From: a virus
Reading direction: 5' to 3' (one strand)
IMG/VR virus record: IMGVR_UViG_3300021961_000023
Length of the DNA: 64,000 nucleotides
Shown here: positions 37,301 through 45,377 of the stretch, in pieces
How positions within the stretch are numbered: position 1 is the stretch's first letter
Layout: each line of letters opens with the position of its first letter
Translations under genes and position numbers: made by a program
The notes under the pieces: generated by a model
Database searches by the model: none
Told to the model about the DNA's origin: nothing
Seen by the model: only the letters and a program-made list of their open reading frames with translations

Positions 37301-38401
37301 TCTGCAGCAGGAACGATTTCATCTATTGTATTAACTGATCCTGTTACTGGTGTAGCAACAACCACTGCAGGTGGTTCTGGATATCGCTCAATACCTGATG
37401 TTACTATTTCACTTCCTACTGGAATTGGGACAACTGGTAGAGCAACCGCTGTTGCTAATGTGACTAATGGTATCGTTACTAGTTTTACTATAACAAATCC
37501 TGGTTACGGATACACATTTACAAGTGTTCCTTTCGTTATGATATCTCAACCAGATTCTCATAAAGAAGAAGTTGTAGCAAAACAGTATAATGGTGATTTT
37601 GGAGTTATTGTTGGTATTGCAACTACTACAATAGTTGGTTTAGTAACAACTGGAGTCAAAGGTTTAGTATTAAATCTCGATATTCCAGATAACTCTTTCT
37701 TACGTGATCAAACCTATGTTGGTACTGCAATAACAGAAACTAGAATAGAAGTAGGAGACTACTTTACTATCAATAGTTCCAACCTTGGATTTGGAGTGAC
37801 TTCTCTTCGCTATGCTGACGGTTCTGTAATCAGTTATGCATCAACTTTCTTTGATGGTGTTTACCAAGTTGCTAATGTTTCCTATGGATCAACTTTAGCA
37901 GGAACTTTAATCGAACAAACTCGTTATGTTACTATAGATCCTGAAATATTTGATGGTCCTGTTGTTGTTGGACCAAATGATCCAGATGGAACTTTAATCA
38001 CAGGCAGTCCATATACATTCTCTATCACAGAGACTATTGATAGTCCTGTAGAAATTGGATCTTCTTCAATAGCTAGAATTTTGAGTGGAGTAACTTTAAC
38101 AATCGATGATATTTCAAGAACCTCACTCATCGTTGAAGCAACAGGAAGAGCTATTGTTGGTGATAGTGTCCCTTCAAGAATAACAGTTAGAGTTCAAGAT
38201 TATAATGGATTACAAAGTCAGTATCATCCTGGAAGTTACAAAGGTAGATTCTATGGCGACTACAGTTGGGGTAAGATTTCTATACCATCTAGATCGTCTA
38301 CTAGAAACTTTGTAGGATATTCTACTGCTGGATATGTTGGACTTTCCACTTCACCATTGGTAAGAAGAAAGAATCCATTAAGGACAATCAATTATCTTTG
38401 A
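25376..38401 (+). CDS. gp7: Giant (4341 aa) baseplate wedge initiator gp7-like structural protein
   Basis: Lies between gp6 and gp8; QLPEFVRE..P...FL..YY N-terminus; YYQYFSYSLKS...HTAGFK segment; YHYH-like domain. Confidence 0.75.
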   Translation: MVNRVKISSIVEGQLPEFVREDFPLVAEFLQEYYRSLEHQGGTLDVLQNIDQYVKLEELTNLTEESTLTSDVSYVDTDITVDSTLGFPDTYGLIQIDSEIITYTGKTATSFTGCLRGFSGISSFKSQNKPDTLVFSKTSVGSHTSGTKVKNLSILFLKEFLRKIKTQITPGFEERELYTGLDQKLFLKQSKNFYESKGADESFEILFRALYGVDVEVLKPRDYLFEPSDAQYRVTKDLVVEPIYGDPLDLVNRTLFQDETDDFNQARGSITKVEKLTKNSKDYYKISLDSDYDKDINVFGSIFGNFQVHPKTRVITAVSAGATTLDVDSTVGFPTSGTLVVTSAQGVENYINYSSKTLNQFFDCQGTPDILSETDVRFDVYAYGYSGVGTDNPVHVRIGAVLSDLEFLDAPYGLHEADTIKIKALGSSLTDKKSNNWIFNIPSVFDIKTVELVDTSDYTYRFTTFDRLTLYDGDSVNVLASNGVSFAAQVTSIENESTFQVRIGTGINEGLSYKVYKNLTKVNSTNFPRANRNNANVQNVYTDLKNSLYVASPSLPAYFRQELKVRDRSITFSGVFTNNQSINVGFHGLYTGDSVVYIPGSDSNKLNIDAGVYFVKKISDNEISLYRSRANIFNNVYIPITGNVTNNKFELFALSGQTLETQKLIRKFSEPENGSITYDTKPGQIGMLVNGVEILNYKSSDSIFYGPIESIIATSGGDGYDVINPPILGITDPVGTGATGICAVEGSFEDILVVDGGFDYVGTPVISIIGGGGQGATAKADMVTLKHVNNFNAFGEALEVNLVSNTIGFSSFHKFRNGEAVVYSTGGASNVGGISTDAWYYVNTVSDSSVQLHNTYEDAIAGINTINLTSYGSGTHSLTAVKRKRTINSVKVTNPGSGYKTRQVSVMPSYVNVASNIINFNDHGYNDGEIVVYTATSTPITGLTSGSSYYVTRVNDDQFRLSVVGVGSTVAKDFYYTTNQFVDLKSQGSGVHNFNYEPIRVIVSGNIGVTTFSGQDFNAVLQPIVRGKITGVSLTDSGVGYGSSEIIGDNRQPTFTLNRGSGALLEPVVINGTIVEVIVRSGGSGYNSPPKLNVLGDGQGAELVPVIKNGAISSVFIANSGYNYTNSKTSIDIIPAGSGASFQANIKTWVINLFERYLQNGIITDDDGILVEGLNPTYGLQYTHLYSPRKLRQNVYREVTRLNKQVFVPDLIIDPVSKTERESLNHSPIIGWAYDGNPIYGPYGYDTPQGGIVRALRSGYERITAANRPPFSQGFFIDDFVFNGTGDLDEHNGRFCITPEYPNGTYAYFTTISPDSVESSGPFLGYKLPQFPYFIGNTYRSVPIDFNFKKESNQDEFDLVSANLSRNITPYNLTSQTQDYPYVLNPNKIQNHDSEIESVINGYIEDIKITKRGVDYKVGDSIIFDNTGTSGYGAAAKVSRVDGVTVSGVRVSSTQLTNIEFSQSGETGTLIGFAPQPHNLKNNDEVSISGLSTTNTGLQRFFSIGVPQNTLVLRSGIGTTGATGIVTYISVSGSLSYPDIAVNDVYDIENEKVRVLSIDESGSRIRVERQYGNTSGAAHTASSFAYEDSRKFFVNVGYSQNLDLAPNKEIYFNPVESIAVSGVGATDFVSVVGVATTSKVVVSFANPGSGVTSVVLSAKQIYLPNHGLKTNDQLIYKTNGGDPIRVSLAITEQFDTGYAVGINTFTLSNNTVVYAAKISNDIIGIATNPIVPDNGNPGSFVGIGSTTNGLLYFENIGTGVKHSFETNYLNTLSGLVNRNVVTVSTASTHNLIANDTISVNVFPGITTSIKLIYNDEQKRVLGNKVSFAKTSVDLLSNVITVPNHGFVTGQKVLYESALSSADRVITSNTSVDVPTIFPSPLEVETPYTLLATENGVIIVDAESIPDNSLFYVVVLDYNRIQLAPTYHDATKANPTVIDMVSNTYGSVAPVNPPIALIKNQIVEFDLSDSSLSYRRGSIDYPAFELNFYKDSNFRNKFVSSGSSPTFEIRSTGTVGTSGAKVTVSVSNSLPKNFYYKLDPVDLLNVPENKKNIIVDEENIPNHNSIIVTTSVYSGNHRITGIGSTSIQYNVLLKPERVSYNTSEATLSYNTNSVRAIGSINEIDIRSRGKKYQILPAITSVASTWGRGAVLEPLSTNIGKVKKKCLSNIGFDYPSDYTLRPSAIVPQVLKLDPLTTIEKIGISSNGNGYSIAPNLIFIDGFTGRIVDVELSYSIGDSQVSILKNSTEIYNTAPVIIPVNNTNGVGISSITYDSGKKTVQVILNPGAVGYSTVSAFPFNIGDKVLVENVSVGIGSTGKGFNSKNYGYKLFTITATDPNIGGANPTITYSLDGDLNDGKVPGVFDPVNSNGRVIGLKDFPIFNVTLRKNVFLLGEEVKSGNKEGVVENWNSRGDNLNLRVASEDGFESGDTIRGSTSGSVAIIQSVQNFRAIYKTGAGATVVNGFNRNTGFLNDSIQRLHDNDYYQYFSYSLKSPIEINTWDNPVSSLDHTAGFKKFSDLQVISAGAIDRDGNTGITTDQNDGDFLGIANIDQEIDLNCVNDFDLATENNIIIDGTVYSDEIILKSRDIQDYFESIGNRVLMIDDISGQFNDRPRPTRYSVIDEFPLTSFRSRKYLLFVRDRRFTETKENIFVSVLHDDVFGYLNQYARVETVEDMGYFDFDVLNNNGRLLFYPEKYQYNNFDITFTAYGLKEGISGIGSTALGDIAEIRTTSTIVSNGIVTPIVVIADTYRASKLLIDIQTSDQRYEFDEFTLIHDGIGTCGEVEAVEYAQLTSHSRDDASSVGLGTYSVVCGAANTQSYLVGVTTSVFASFSGVSTALNGTGIGTDGGFAIGSHIVFTGTGIGVSNRRVAVTNPLDLQLVDTFVLTGLAGDDNNGGEKPLNIFGQNQTLKVNYSIDGGSTFVGLGTLISNSDIAAPIREYSVGIPTIARTSSTIFQIEQPTSSGGTSDNYGITHIGFTNSGISTTDIVVNFHPFAGVAATVDVLRVSIANTSATGVGTTSLNAAIIDSHYTSIASSSSPVATTVATYDATIYNGGYYIAVVEDLTNGWQQVSELMVANNEEFNNITEFGEIFTVVTLGEFGVRRSGNQVQVTFEPNPDAHMEVRIFQNAMRLVDPLNGVTKVDMRNGTVETGAGVYFGTETDVKRQFELTHKSLPIFKRVFDPTAVGIVSITDNTIRIPQNFFVTGEAVDYVAADRYVLPQPIGIATTTISGIGLTDKMPSTVYIVKVDEINIQVAASASEALAVPPSVLDITSVGIGSIHRFDARKQNTKGLITIDNMIQSPVAGTAVTVGLVTTVQPTTDRITLSGITSIFAGDILKIDDEIMRVATVGVGTTNVLIVNRPWMGTGLSTHFSGATVTKLSGNYNIADNQINFVSAPYGAYPISTTTSGPDEVDWTGLTTHSTFSGRIFTRNSEPGSDIEPYTYNTIFDDISEDFNGITTSFRLKSNRADVTNVAEDNAIILIRDIYQGPRRANGTVRIEGDYELVEGSGITTAIFQETDLGVKYDNNTNNIPRGGMIVSVGSSQSRGYQPLVTAGGTAIVNSSGSITAISIGNTGAGYRELVQKEIIISAYNPVTGTSSTIGIATAFDGHIVGYRIDSPGTAYTSTNPPIISIDSPAGYDSIPLVYSKDYPNNTGVGTGLVVNLVVGAGSTVIDYNIVNYGFGYRQGDVLTIPRSGIGSIPRNSGIGHIEFTLTVEKTYKDEFNGWALGNFLPLDDISRYFDGYRTEFPITVNGVRTSIRAKKGSQIDVQACLLVFINDILQVPGDGYVFNGGSVIRFTEAPKGYDADAPWSGDTVKIVFYRGSKDIDVQLVDILETIKPGDTVELYDDNPVFAEDDRLVTEILATDTLQTNVYPGPGITTNLSYERALQWCRQTEDKIINGQPVAKDREIYKALLNPASSIIQNVSVGDTSIYVESVRGFFDNTRENVSGRTLNTIEIISQDSICAAAATAVVSAAGTISSIVLTDPVTGVATTTAGGSGYRSIPDVTISLPTGIGTTGRATAVANVTNGIVTSFTITNPGYGYTFTSVPFVMISQPDSHKEEVVAKQYNGDFGVIVGIATTTIVGLVTTGVKGLVLNLDIPDNSFLRDQTYVGTAITETRIEVGDYFTINSSNLGFGVTSLRYADGSVISYASTFFDGVYQVANVSYGSTLAGTLIEQTRYVTIDPEIFDGPVVVGPNDPDGTLITGSPYTFSITETIDSPVEIGSSSIARILSGVTLTIDDISRTSLIVEATGRAIVGDSVPSRITVRVQDYNGLQSQYHPGSYKGRFYGDYSWGKISIPSRSSTRNFVGYSTAGYVGLSTSPLVRRKNPLRTINYL

Positions 38402-38407
38402 TAAATA
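38401..38407 (+). promoter_or_regulatory. T4-type late promoter
   Basis: ATAAATA upstream of gp8. Confidence 0.6.
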
Positions 38408-38424
38408 AGTAAAAAACCCGTAAA

Positions 38425-40017
38425 ATGGCAGCTATCATAACTGATCAACTGAGAATTTTGAACGCAAAGAACTTTGTTTCTTTAGCAACTTCTGATAAAA
38501 ACTCATATTATTCTTTTGTAGGTTTACCAGATGCAACTAGAATTTCATCTAGTTGGGATACAACTCCTCCAGCTCCTAAAGATAATTTTGATCAGGAAGG
38601 ATCCTACTGGGATACAATGATTGCATTGAAAAAGATTGTTCCAGATGATGTAAGGCAAGTTGTAAGAAAGATTACCTGGACCTCTGGTACTACCTATGAC
38701 ATGTACCGCCATGATATTACTAGAGATAATCCTTCAAAACCATCTCAAGCATTGAGCATTTATTCAGCAAACTATTACGTTGTTAATAAAGATTTTAGAG
38801 TTTATATTTGCCTTCAGAATGGAACAGACCCAGAAAACCCAAATGGAAGACCATCTCTAGATGAACCAACTTTTACAGACTTAGAACCAAGATCTGCAGG
38901 CACTAGTGGTGATGGATATGTTTGGAAATACTTATATACAATAGCACCAAGTGATATTGTTAAGTTTGACACCATTAACTTCATTCCTGTACCAAAAAAT
39001 TGGGATACAGAAACATCAACTGATTCATGTGGAAATAACGTAGCATCAGTAAGAGAAAATGCTGCTACTAGTGGACAGTTAAAAATATGCACGATTAAAA
39101 ATCGTGGTGCTGGCATTGGAACCGCTAATAGAACATACACAAGAGTTCCTATCCGTGGTGATGGCACTGGTGCAGAATGCACTATTGTTGTAAACAATGA
39201 TTCTAAGATAGGATCAATTACTATTTCTAATGGTGGTTCTGGGTATAGTTATGGAACAGTAGATGTTATTGCTGGTGGTCTTCCAACAGGAACAACTGCT
39301 CCAGTTTTTGATGTTATTATACCTCCACAGGGTGGTCATGGTGCTGATATTTACAGAGAACTGGGAGCATTTAGAGTTCTTGTATATTCCAGAATTGAAA
39401 ATGACAATGAAGATCCTGATTTTATTATTGGTAATCAGATTGCAAGAGTTGGTTTGATTGAAAATCCTAAGGCATATGGAACTAACACAAATCTAACCAA
39501 ATCAAAAGCAAGTGCAGTTGGTGCTATTAAACTTGTTGGTGCTGGATATAGCACGGCAGTTTTTACTGCCGATTCTATCATTTATCAGACAGTCGGAACA
39601 GGCCAAACCGCCGTGGGAAAAGTAGTTTCATATAACCAAACTACTGGAGTTCTCAAGTATTGGCAAGATAGAACTCTTGCAGGTTTCAGCACAGATAGTT
39701 CAAAACTACTTGAGTTTACAAAGAATACAAGTCCAACATATGGATTTGATTTAAAAGAGTTTACAGCAACTCCTTCAAGTGGTGGAAATGTTAGCATCGT
39801 AGGTGGAAACACTACGTTAGCTATACATACAGCATTTACAGGTTCTACTACTACAATAAATAGTAGGACATACAATTTAGGTCAAGAGTTCACGAGTGGT
39901 TTAGCAAATCCAGAAGTTGCAAAACATACTGGAAATATACTCTATGTTGATCATAGACCCTCGATTACAAGATCTCAAAACCAAAGAGAAGACATAAAAA
40001 TAGTATTGCAATTCTAA
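38425..40017 (+). CDS. gp8: Baseplate wedge subunit gp8
   Basis: MAAIITDQLRILNA..F; DGYVWKYLYTI; terminal EDIKIVLQF. Confidence 0.92.
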   Translation: MAAIITDQLRILNAKNFVSLATSDKNSYYSFVGLPDATRISSSWDTTPPAPKDNFDQEGSYWDTMIALKKIVPDDVRQVVRKITWTSGTTYDMYRHDITRDNPSKPSQALSIYSANYYVVNKDFRVYICLQNGTDPENPNGRPSLDEPTFTDLEPRSAGTSGDGYVWKYLYTIAPSDIVKFDTINFIPVPKNWDTETSTDSCGNNVASVRENAATSGQLKICTIKNRGAGIGTANRTYTRVPIRGDGTGAECTIVVNNDSKIGSITISNGGSGYSYGTVDVIAGGLPTGTTAPVFDVIIPPQGGHGADIYRELGAFRVLVYSRIENDNEDPDFIIGNQIARVGLIENPKAYGTNTNLTKSKASAVGAIKLVGAGYSTAVFTADSIIYQTVGTGQTAVGKVVSYNQTTGVLKYWQDRTLAGFSTDSSKLLEFTKNTSPTYGFDLKEFTATPSSGGNVSIVGGNTTLAIHTAFTGSTTTINSRTYNLGQEFTSGLANPEVAKHTGNILYVDHRPSITRSQNQREDIKIVLQF

Positions 40018-40023
40018 CGGATT

Positions 40024-43000
40024 ATGCCACAGGAACTCAATCTCAACGTATCGCCATACTTTGACGATTTCGACAAGGACAAGGACTTTTACAAAGTTCT
40101 ATTTAAGCCTGGGTATCCCGTTCAGGCAAGGGAACTAACTGGATTACAATCAATCCTTCAGAACCAAATTGAACAATTTGGCAATCATTTGTTTAAAGAA
40201 GGATCAGTTGTAATCCCTGGTCAAGTTAGTTATATTGACAACTATTATGCTGTAGAAATACAGTCAGAATATCTTGGTATTAATGTTCTTGCATATCTAA
40301 ACTCTATTGTTGGAAAAACAATAAGAGGAGAAAATACTGGTGTTCGTGCATATGTTGTTGGAGTTTTAAAAGATTCTGACTCTGAAAGAGGGAATAATAC
40401 GTTATACGTTAACTTTTTAGATTCTGATTACTTAACTGGTTCATATCAATCATTTGCAGATGATGAAGTTCTTTTACTTGAAGAAGGTCTATTTGGATCA
40501 AATGAAATTGACTCTACTAAAAGTGTTGTCGTTCAACCTGGATCTGGGTTTGCGGTAACAGTTCCACTTAACTGCAACTCAATAGGTTCAGCAGTTTTCT
40601 TAAATGAGGGTGTTTACTTTTTAAGAGGATATTTTGTCGGCGTTAGATCTCAAACTCTAATACTTGATCAGTATTCAAACAATCCAAGTTATAGAGTAGG
40701 TCTACGCATTACTGAAGAGACTGTAAATGCAGATGATGACGAAACTCTCGTAGATAATGCCAAAGGATTTTCAAACTACGCTGCACCTGGTGCAGATAGA
40801 CTCAAAATTACAGCAGACCTCGTAAAAGTTCCTATTGATCAGTATGATGTAGAAGAGTTTGTTCAACTTTTAGAAATAAGAGGCGGTATTTTAAGGTCTT
40901 CGATTCAAGATCCACAATACAACATTCTTCAAGATTCTTTAGCAAAAAGAACTTACGAAGAATCTGGTGATTACTATATTACTCAACCATCTGTTGCTCC
41001 TAAAGAGTCACTTAATAATCTAAAAGGAAACGGCGGGGTATTCTTAGCAAATGAGTTAACATATAATAGCAATACTCCATCAGAGGATTTAGGAACTTAT
41101 CAAATTTCACCATTAAAAGCAGTTGTTAAAGGATATCCTGTAGAAACAATAAGTCCTACGTATATTGATTTTCCAAAACCAAGAACTACAAGATCATTAG
41201 AAAATCAAGGTATTAACTATGTAACAGGTCCAACATATACATTAAATAATGTATATGGTGCTCCAACGATTGGTATTAATACAAACTTTACTGTTTATTT
41301 GATGGATACTCGTCGTTCAGGAGTATCTTCTACTGGAAAAGAAATAGGTCTTGCAAGAGTATATGATTTTGCACTAGAATCTGGATCATATAATACTTCA
41401 CATCCAAGACTTAATGAATGGGATTTAGCATTATATGATGTACAAACTTATACAGAAATAACTTTAAATCAAAATATTACTCTTTCTACTCCAACCCATG
41501 TTAGAGGAAAGTCAAGTGGAGCAACAGGATTTTTAAGATACAATGTATCAGATTCAAAACTACTAACTCTTTATAATGTAAGTGGAAAGTTTGTTGATGG
41601 TGAAGAGTTTATTTTTAATGGCATAGACAATACTAGAATTTCAGTTGCTACAACTGCGTATGGAACAGATCAAGTAAAGTCTGTTTTTGCAACAGTAGGA
41701 ACTGCTGGTACTTTTAATGCAGATGTAAAACCAACTACTTTGGCAAACGTTGGTTTTGTAACTATAACTGCACGATCTGGTGGTATAAGCACTGTTACAT
41801 CTACTGATTTCAATTTTGTTGGCATCGCTACTTCAGGAACTACAGTATCTTTTACAAATCCAGGACTATCAACTGTTACATTCGCAAGAGTCACTAATGT
41901 AACAAAAAATAGTTTATCAATCGCTGGCGTTACTACAGTAATAGGCATCTGTGATGGTGCTCTTCCTGGCGTAGCGATCAATCCAAGTGATTTTAAAATA
42001 TTATCAACTTCATTCCAAAGTTCTACTGATAATACGCTTTACACAGTATTACCTAAAAAATATATTTCTAAAGTTGATATAGACAACTCAACTCTTATTA
42101 TTAGAAGAAAGTTTACTGTTTCTATTGCAAGTAGTCAAACAAATACTATTCAAGCAGGAGAAAATGAAACTTTCTTACCATTTGACGAAGAAAGATATAT
42201 TTTAATGAGAGATGATGGAACGGTTGAACCTCTGTCTGCAGATAAGTTTAAGTTTAATGCATCCTCCACAAATATAAGAATAGAAGGTTTAGCAAATACT
42301 GATGGAACTGCTACTTTAATCGCAACCTTATCTAAGACATCAATCTCATCTAAGAAAAAGGACGTAACTAAAGTCAATATTTTAAATATTGTATATTCAG
42401 CAGATTCTGCATCTGGTATTGGTACAACAACTATAAACGATGGATTAATCTATAACAGTGGATATCCATATGGAACAAGAGTCCAAGATATTGATATCTG
42501 TTTGTTAAAACCAGATATTACAAAAGTTTATGGCATTTTTGAATCAGATGATACTTCTGATGCTGAACTTCCTAATATACTCCTTCAGAATATTAGTGGT
42601 GCAAATGCAAAAACAACTGATTTACTAATAGGTGAAGAGTTTGAAGGATTGAGCAGTGGTGCAGTGGGCATTTACTGTGAAAAACTTTCTGATACTAGGA
42701 TTAGTTACGTACTTTTAAATCAAGAGTTATTACAAGAAGGTGAAACAATCCGTTTTAAAACAACAGGAGTAACAGCAACTGCAAGCGTTTTACTTACTGG
42801 TGATAATAATATTTCTTCAAATTATACTTTTGATAATGGACAAAGATCAACAATATATGATTATGGCAAGGTGATAAGAAAGGATTTAAAAGTCAGCCCA
42901 ACTAGAAGACTTAAAATTGTATTTGAAACTGCGTCTTTTGCAGCATCAGATAATGGCAATATTATTACAATAGATTCATACAGAGATTTTGATTATTGTG

Positions 43001-45333
43001 ATATTCCTAAGGTTGATGGTATATCAAACTCCGACATGCTCGATATCAGACCAAGAGTTTCTGATTTTACAGTAACTACATCTTCTCTATCCCCATTTGA
43101 GTTTAGAGCAAGGTCAATTGATGCTGTAGGCAACTCTGTTCCTAATATTCTTGCTCCAGATGAACAGATTAATATTGGATATTCTTATTATTTACCAAGA
43201 ATAGATAGACTTTTCTTAACTAAAGACGGAGTTTTTCAACTTAATAGAGGTGCTGCTTCCGAAAATCCACAACTTCCCGCAGCAGTAGAAGATGGTGTTG
43301 AAGTTGCAAGAGCAACACTTCCACCATATGTTTGTAATATTAACGATATTGATATTGATGTATTTGAGTACAAGAGATATCGTATGAGCGATATCAACAA
43401 ACTAGAAAATAGAATTAAAAATCTTGAACTTTATACCTCACTTTCACTTTTAGAAAGTGATACTTCTAATCTGCCAATCAAAGACAAAAATGGATTGATT
43501 AGATTTAAGTCAGGATTCTTTGTGGATGACTTTTCATCTACAAAATCACAAAGAAAAACAACTATTGTTAAAAATAGTATTGATGTTTCTAATGGAGAAC
43601 TAAGACCTGCTCCATATACAACTGAGGTTGATTTACAACTAGGTTCGACATCTGCAATAGGCATCAATGGACCATCAGATCCAACAGTTGATACTGAGTT
43701 TGTAACAGATTTAGTAGGATCTGGAGTTAAAAAAACTGGAAGACTAGTTACGTTAAACTATACAGAAGTTGCAGAAATTCAACAACCTTACGCAACAAGA
43801 ACCGAAAAAGTTTCACCTGTTCGTTCTTCTTATTATGGTGGAACTATAGAACTAACTCCGTCATCTGATGTTTGGGTTGATCAGGTAACCCTTAATGCAA
43901 GAAAGAATGAATATATTGGTGATTTTACAGAAAACCCTGAACAACTTGAAGCCAAAGACAATGATAAGCAAGGAGGATTTGCTCCTATTATTTGGGGAGC
44001 ATGGGATAGAATTTGGTCAGGTATTCAAAAAAATGCTGGCACTGAAAAGATTCTAGAAAATTATGATATTTCAAATAACGTCATTCAAACTTACAATAGA
44101 ACAGGGACAAAATCTACTCAAAGTATTCGTAAGATTGTAAAAGACATTTTCAATGATGTTGCATTAGGTGATGCTTCAATAGGATCTCAAGTTGTCCCAT
44201 ACTTACGTTCGAGAAATATTGAGTTTTCAGCAAGAAGATTAAAGCCATTCACTAGAGTTTATGCCAACTTCGATGGACAAAATATTGACAAGTACATTGT
44301 TCCAAAACTAATACAAATCAATATGATCAGTGGTTCTTTCCAGATTGGAGAAACTGTTGTTGGTCTTATTGGTTCTGGGTTCGATGTTAACGTACCTTAT
44401 ATTAAGTTTAGAGTTGCTCAACCAAATCATAAGTTTGGACCATACAATGCTCCTGTTCAAGTTTATGGTGCAAATCCATATTCTAGAGAAACAACAGTAC
44501 CATCTGCATATTCAACTACTTCAAATATTATTAATGTTGATACTTTTAGTCTATCTCAACAAACCCAAGGATTATTTTATGGATGGATTCGTGCAGGAAT
44601 GACTTTACGTGGACAAACTAGTGGTGCTGAGGCAACTATTTCTAGTGTAAAACTTATAACTGATGCAAAAGGATCTCTGATTGGATCATTCTATATTCCT
44701 GATCCATCAATCACATCTAATCCTGCATTTGAAAGTGGTATTAAACTATTTAAGTTAACCAGTAATAACATAAACTCACAAACTGCGGGTGTGCCTTTAA
44801 CAAGTGCTGAAGAGAAGTTCTATTCTGTTGGATATATTAATCCAACTCAAGAAAATATTACTTCTATTCGTCCTGTAAGATTAGAAACACAAAACACTGT
44901 AGATTTTAGAGTCAACAGTAGTGGTTCTTCTACTGTTATTTCTTCAACTATTTTGGGCAATAATAGTCCATCACAAGTTCCATTAGTTTCTGGTCAAACA
45001 ACACCACAATCTGGATTACAGGGGGCATTAGGGGTAACAGGATCACAAACTAATCAGTTTGTACCTGGAGTTCAAGGAACTTCGACTTTAACTGGATCTG
45101 TAACTCCCATATCTTCTCCACCAGCACCGACAACAGTTGCTCCAAGTAGTGCTCAACCATTAACTGAGTTTTTTAACGTAGTTCAAACTCCAACAACTAC
45201 TACAACAACATTATCTTCAACACCAACACAAACTTCTTCAACTAATGTTCCTACTACTTTTGTAGCACTAAGTGATCCATCTCAAACACTGGGAGCATCA
45301 CAACAGTCAAATGGGTCTGGCAGTGGATACTAA
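40024..45333 (+). CDS. VrlC-like (DUF4815) large virion structural protein, N-terminal part
   Basis: NLNVSPYFDDF...KVLFKPG.PVQARELT.LQSILQNQ; APGADRLKI; RFKSGFFVDDF. Confidence 0.8.
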   Translation: MPQELNLNVSPYFDDFDKDKDFYKVLFKPGYPVQARELTGLQSILQNQIEQFGNHLFKEGSVVIPGQVSYIDNYYAVEIQSEYLGINVLAYLNSIVGKTIRGENTGVRAYVVGVLKDSDSERGNNTLYVNFLDSDYLTGSYQSFADDEVLLLEEGLFGSNEIDSTKSVVVQPGSGFAVTVPLNCNSIGSAVFLNEGVYFLRGYFVGVRSQTLILDQYSNNPSYRVGLRITEETVNADDDETLVDNAKGFSNYAAPGADRLKITADLVKVPIDQYDVEEFVQLLEIRGGILRSSIQDPQYNILQDSLAKRTYEESGDYYITQPSVAPKESLNNLKGNGGVFLANELTYNSNTPSEDLGTYQISPLKAVVKGYPVETISPTYIDFPKPRTTRSLENQGINYVTGPTYTLNNVYGAPTIGINTNFTVYLMDTRRSGVSSTGKEIGLARVYDFALESGSYNTSHPRLNEWDLALYDVQTYTEITLNQNITLSTPTHVRGKSSGATGFLRYNVSDSKLLTLYNVSGKFVDGEEFIFNGIDNTRISVATTAYGTDQVKSVFATVGTAGTFNADVKPTTLANVGFVTITARSGGISTVTSTDFNFVGIATSGTTVSFTNPGLSTVTFARVTNVTKNSLSIAGVTTVIGICDGALPGVAINPSDFKILSTSFQSSTDNTLYTVLPKKYISKVDIDNSTLIIRRKFTVSIASSQTNTIQAGENETFLPFDEERYILMRDDGTVEPLSADKFKFNASSTNIRIEGLANTDGTATLIATLSKTSISSKKKDVTKVNILNIVYSADSASGIGTTTINDGLIYNSGYPYGTRVQDIDICLLKPDITKVYGIFESDDTSDAELPNILLQNISGANAKTTDLLIGEEFEGLSSGAVGIYCEKLSDTRISYVLLNQELLQEGETIRFKTTGVTATASVLLTGDNNISSNYTFDNGQRSTIYDYGKVIRKDLKVSPTRRLKIVFETASFAASDNGNIITIDSYRDFDYCDIPKVDGISNSDMLDIRPRVSDFTVTTSSLSPFEFRARSIDAVGNSVPNILAPDEQINIGYSYYLPRIDRLFLTKDGVFQLNRGAASENPQLPAAVEDGVEVARATLPPYVCNINDIDIDVFEYKRYRMSDINKLENRIKNLELYTSLSLLESDTSNLPIKDKNGLIRFKSGFFVDDFSSTKSQRKTTIVKNSIDVSNGELRPAPYTTEVDLQLGSTSAIGINGPSDPTVDTEFVTDLVGSGVKKTGRLVTLNYTEVAEIQQPYATRTEKVSPVRSSYYGGTIELTPSSDVWVDQVTLNARKNEYIGDFTENPEQLEAKDNDKQGGFAPIIWGAWDRIWSGIQKNAGTEKILENYDISNNVIQTYNRTGTKSTQSIRKIVKDIFNDVALGDASIGSQVVPYLRSRNIEFSARRLKPFTRVYANFDGQNIDKYIVPKLIQINMISGSFQIGETVVGLIGSGFDVNVPYIKFRVAQPNHKFGPYNAPVQVYGANPYSRETTVPSAYSTTSNIINVDTFSLSQQTQGLFYGWIRAGMTLRGQTSGAEATISSVKLITDAKGSLIGSFYIPDPSITSNPAFESGIKLFKLTSNNINSQTAGVPLTSAEEKFYSVGYINPTQENITSIRPVRLETQNTVDFRVNSSGSSTVISSTILGNNSPSQVPLVSGQTTPQSGLQGALGVTGSQTNQFVPGVQGTSTLTGSVTPISSPPAPTTVAPSSAQPLTEFFNVVQTPTTTTTTLSSTPTQTSSTNVPTTFVALSDPSQTLGASQQSNGSGSGY

Positions 45334-45336
45334 ATA
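45330..45336 (+). promoter_or_regulatory. T4-type late promoter
   Basis: CTAAATA overlapping the upstream stop codon. Confidence 0.55.
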
Positions 45337-45377
45337 GGTTAGATAGAAAGACACTAACTAGTGATATCTAGACTCCA

